A stretch of DNA of 20,516 nt. It comes from Candidatus Sumerlaeales bacterium (GTDB lineage Bacteria; Sumerlaeota; Sumerlaeia; Sumerlaeales; Sumerlaeaceae). Numbering within the stretch: the first letter of the stretch is position 1; every line of letters begins with the position of its first letter. Location of the stretch: contig JBBSQY010000055.1 of the NCBI GenBank assembly GCA_038243585.1, forward strand, positions 1-20,516, given 5' to 3'. Below are positions 17,234 through 20,516 of this stretch, piece by piece. The notes below the pieces were generated by a model. The model worked only from the letters and a program-made list of their open reading frames with translations. It did no database searches and was not told the DNA's origin. A program made the position numbers and the translations under genes.

Positions 17234-20200
17234 ATGGCCAGTTTTAAAAGAAGTATAGGATTATTAGCCGCCGCAGCCTTTTCAATGGCCGCCGGCAGCG
17301 CAGACGCGGCGGGTTTCCAGACTATTATAACGCAGGCACCGACAGGGCCTGGAACGCCTGTGAAAGTGAAGCTTCATTACGATGGAGCGCCAGAACAACA
17401 GTTTTCAGCATTTTCGTTTCAGGTCAGTTTCGATTCAACCCAGGTGGAATTGGTTGGTGCCGACGATTTTGATTCAAACTCTGCTAATAATGCTAATGTC
17501 AGCCAGACTGCCAGCAACATAACTACTGGTGGCGGCATGATCCCGGGTTATAATGCCTACAAAGTCGTGGATGGCATCGATGATGTGAACCCATATACTG
17601 CTGTTAACGGTGACCTTGTTGAAATCGAGTTTTTAACCAAAAGCGGTTATTCCGGACCCATGAAGCTGGATATTCGTCCGTACGATGCCCCAGACGGGTT
17701 TATGGATGAAAACCAAGCTGAAATAGTAATCACTGACGTTACTGAACCTCCTCTCGTCTATGATTCTCCAGTTGTAACCTCAGTAACACCGGACGGCAGC
17801 TGGGTTGCCAACGACGATCTGGTTGTGACGGTCAACGGCAGCGGTTTTTATGACGGATCCAATGGCCAGCCATTGTCGCAGATCGTCATCGATGGCCTCG
17901 TCTATTCGAGCACCTATGTTTCCTTCAACCAACTGACTTTAGATGTTGATGACAACCTGGTGACGCTAGGGAACAAGGCCGTCTCTGTGGCGAACTCTGG
18001 TTCCCAAGTTAACCAGTCTGCAACTTCCGAAATCGTTGAAATTGTTAACCGAGACATTGTCTACGTGGACGACACATACGCCGGAAATTACAGCGAAGGG
18101 CAGTTTATCGCTTCTGGAACTCCTAATCAATATTTTGGTGCTAACGCTTTTGCGACAATCGCGGGCGGCGTTGATAAAGTTAACGCCACCAAACTAGTTA
18201 ACGTTGCTGACGGAACTTACCCAGAAAACGTGATTATTGCGAAGGCGCTAAACCTTGTTGGTAACGGGCCTAACACAAATCTTACGAATGATGACGCTGA
18301 AACAACTCAGGTTTTGCTCACAGTAAATGCGAACGACGTTCACATTTCCGATCTGACCTTTCAGGTCACTCCACAAGTTGGATCAGCGATCTACGCCTAT
18401 GCCAAAACCAACCTGTCAGTAATCGATTGTTTTTTTCACAGGAGCGGCGCGGCTGGCTTTGGGGGTAAGTTGCCCTCCTCGCTTATCGGATCTCTGGGTT
18501 CTAACTGGGGCTCACGTGGTATTACGTTTGGCGGCACTGGAGTAAACACAAGTCACGTAGTCCTGACCGGAAATGACTTCACCTCTGCAGGTGGAGCAGC
18601 CTTTATGTATGCCATGCAGGTTTATTTGTCAGAAGCCACCATTGGTGGAAGTTCCATTCTTGCAAACACGACTATTGCCGGTGGCGCATATCGCGATCTG
18701 GAATTCACTCAGGGCAAAGGCCAGATCAAATATAACAAGTTCGGTACAAACGTGGATGTAAGCAATGCCTACGGTTTGGTTGAGCTTGAAGAAAATGATT
18801 TCGGCGCAGGGGGGGATGGTGCTCCTTTACATAACGAAGCGGCACTGACCATTCGCGGAGCGCAAAATGTGAACGCAGATGTCCAGGTTAATACGAATCA
18901 CTTTAAACATACCGGTCGTGGAATCTGGGTTGGCGCTTCAAAAAACGTCACAATTGACGGCAATGACTTCATGCCCATGTATGGCTTCACCATTGATTTA
19001 GGTGATCTTGATTTTGCTAATGAGCCTGCTCTTGCACTATCAGCTACAGAATATACCCACATCCTGATCGACTCCCGGCCAGTTACAAGTAATGAACCAG
19101 GAGCTGATGTTGAAGTGGATGTGACGAACAACACGTTTAAAGACGTTTGGACTGTCGGAACCGCAATCAACCTGAAGAACACCAGGGGAAACAACTTCGA
19201 TCTAACCTTTACGGGCAACACGTTTGAGGCTCCGGGTGGGGAAGACCAGTTTTTCAAAATTGACAATAATTTTAATCAAGATATAGATATCAGCAACAAC
19301 AATTTTAGCGGTGTAGCTAATTCCGCCAATGTTACTCTTCCGGAATCATTCCTGCTGGAAAATCGTATCACGCATGGTATGGACAGCAACCGTGCGGCAG
19401 GCACCGGTATCGCTTACTGGACTCCAAACCAGGTCTTTGTCACAGATCCTGCTGACTTATCAGTTCTGCCTACTGGAGTTACTAGTTCAACAGACTCCAG
19501 CATCCAGCGCGCAGTTGACGTTTCAAATGTCGCTGGAACCATTAACGTGCAAGCTGGACTGTATCCTGAGTCAAACGGAGTAGACCAGGGTCTAGTTATT
19601 AACAAACAGGTAACAGTGCTGGGACCTAACTCCGCAAACGCCGGCGCAAGCTTGTCGCGCGCCGCAGAGGCTAAAATTGTTCCGGGAGTGCTGCTTAATA
19701 ATGGCACTGACGTGGCTAGTGATAATGCCGTAATTACGGTTACTGTTGCAGGGGTCGTTTTAAAAGGCTTCGCTATCAGTGGGGACAACACGAACATTTC
19801 TGGATTTAACCATGCGGGTATGAACGTTGATGCTGCCACCGGTATCCGTGTCGCTACCGATCTTGTCGATCCTGCGGCAGACAATGTTGTAATACAGAAC
19901 AACGTGGTGACTAACTTGACGTATATTGGTGTCTTCTTTGACGCTCATAACAACCCTCTTGGCGTCCAGTATCACGGATTGCGCGTACAGAATAACCTGG
20001 TTGAAAACGTGCAGGACTTGAGCATTGGTTATGGTTTCGGATTGTATCTTCAGGCCGCTTCTGGCATCGTAAGTGGAAACACGATCCGTAATGTCCGGAA
20101 CGGAATGCAGATTCAGCCGTATAAGGTCTCAACGGTTGTTGCAGGTGAAAACGAAGCAATTGATAATATTGTCTCAGGATGGCGAACGGGTATTTATTAC

Positions 20201-20516
20201 AACTATGCTGATGCCGAATCTTCACCTTGGATCGTCGGCTCATTGGGACATCCCAACACGATCACGGTAGCTTCCTTGCCTTCAGGCGGCCCAAGCGTGG
20301 TGTGGGATGGTATCTATGTTCAGACTATCCGCGCAGGCGCTGGTGGAACGCTGAGCTCCAATATCATCGACGGAACCAATGCTCCTACGTCTAATGGTAT
20401 ACGCGTCAATAACGTAGCTACACTTTCGAACAACCTTCTTTTCCAGGCTAACATAATTCGAAATGTGGGTACGGGTCTTTCCCACGAAGCACCTGGAAAC
20501 ATCACGTTCAACGGTA
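17234..20516 (+). CDS. Large secreted multidomain surface protein (signal peptide, cohesin-like domain, IPT/TIG domain, at least two right-handed beta-helix modules); truncated by the window end
   Basis: Hand translation from ATG 17234 stays open to the window end (~1094 codons). Signal MASFKRSIGLLAAAAFSMAAGSADA; then FSAFSFQVSFDSTQVELV..NGDLVEIEF; PVVTSVTP..VTVNGSGF..STYVSFNQLT; AFATIAGGVD..VNVADGTYPENVIIAKALNLVG; SIQRAVD..INVQAGLYPE..INKQVTVLGPN; and many xxNxF/NN strands. Confidence 0.9.
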   Translation, partial: MASFKRSIGLLAAAAFSMAAGSADAAGFQTIITQAPTGPGTPVKVKLHYDGAPEQQFSAFSFQVSFDSTQVELVGADDFDSNSANNANVSQTASNITTGGGMIPGYNAYKVVDGIDDVNPYTAVNGDLVEIEFLTKSGYSGPMKLDIRPYDAPDGFMDENQAEIVITDVTEPPLVYDSPVVTSVTPDGSWVANDDLVVTVNGSGFYDGSNGQPLSQIVIDGLVYSSTYVSFNQLTLDVDDNLVTLGNKAVSVANSGSQVNQSATSEIVEIVNRDIVYVDDTYAGNYSEGQFIASGTPNQYFGANAFATIAGGVDKVNATKLVNVADGTYPENVIIAKALNLVGNGPNTNLTNDDAETTQVLLTVNANDVHISDLTFQVTPQVGSAIYAYAKTNLSVIDCFFHRSGAAGFGGKLPSSLIGSLGSNWGSRGITFGGTGVNTSHVVLTGNDFTSAGGAAFMYAMQVYLSEATIGGSSILANTTIAGGAYRDLEFTQGKGQIKYNKFGTNVDVSNAYGLVELEENDFGAGGDGAPLHNEAALTIRGAQNVNADVQVNTNHFKHTGRGIWVGASKNVTIDGNDFMPMYGFTIDLGDLDFANEPALALSATEYTHILIDSRPVTSNEPGADVEVDVTNNTFKDVWTVGTAINLKNTRGNNFDLTFTGNTFEAPGGEDQFFKIDNNFNQDIDISNNNFSGVANSANVTLPESFLLENRITHGMDSNRAAGTGIAYWTPNQVFVTDPADLSVLPTGVTSSTDSSIQRAVDVSNVAGTINVQAGLYPESNGVDQGLVINKQVTVLGPNSANAGASLSRAAEAKIVPGVLLNNGTDVASDNAVITVTVAGVVLKGFAISGDNTNISGFNHAGMNVDAATGIRVATDLVDPAADNVVIQNNVVTNLTYIGVFFDAHNNPLGVQYHGLRVQNNLVENVQDLSIGYGFGLYLQAASGIVSGNTIRNVRNGMQIQPYKVSTVVAGENEAIDNIVSGWRTGIYYNYADAESSPWIVGSLGHPNTITVASLPSGGPSVVWDGIYVQTIRAGAGGTLSSNIIDGTNAPTSNGIRVNNVATLSNNLLFQANIIRNVGTGLSHEAPGNITFNG

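Noticed and set aside
1..20516. CRISPR array, tRNA, rRNA, IS element, or intein in rpoB/rpoC
   Set aside because: No regularly spaced direct repeats, cloverleafs, transposase motifs or intein splice motifs were seen by eye.

Overview
Bacterial chromosomal window built around a stand-alone rpoB-rpoC operon (4419-13092) that has neither rplKAJL upstream nor rpsL downstream. The left flank holds a candidate ~180-nt rod-shaped, 6S-like ncRNA, a decayed RHH-antitoxin/MazF toxin-antitoxin pair, two small exported or membrane ORFs (one frameshifted) and a secreted Cys-type sulfatase. The right flank holds two tandem prepilin-type (FTLIE) paralogues, lysA, and the first ~1094 codons of a very large secreted protein (cohesin-like + IPT/TIG + beta-helix). 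The ORF track misses that gene because it runs off the window. The style of the pilin-like genes suggests Candidatus Sumerlaeota (BRC1) or a relative; this is inference only. The most notable observations concern RNA polymerase. rpoC appears to start at a non-canonical ATC, adding a Lys/Ala-rich N-terminal arm next to a very acidic beta C-tail. The rpoBC leader is long and highly structured, and ends in a perfect 16-bp palindrome that shares a 10-mer with the antitoxin's putative operator. The 6S-like RNA candidate lies 4 kb away. All RNA structures and domain calls were made by eye and need computational confirmation. No CRISPR array, tRNA, rRNA or transposase was seen.
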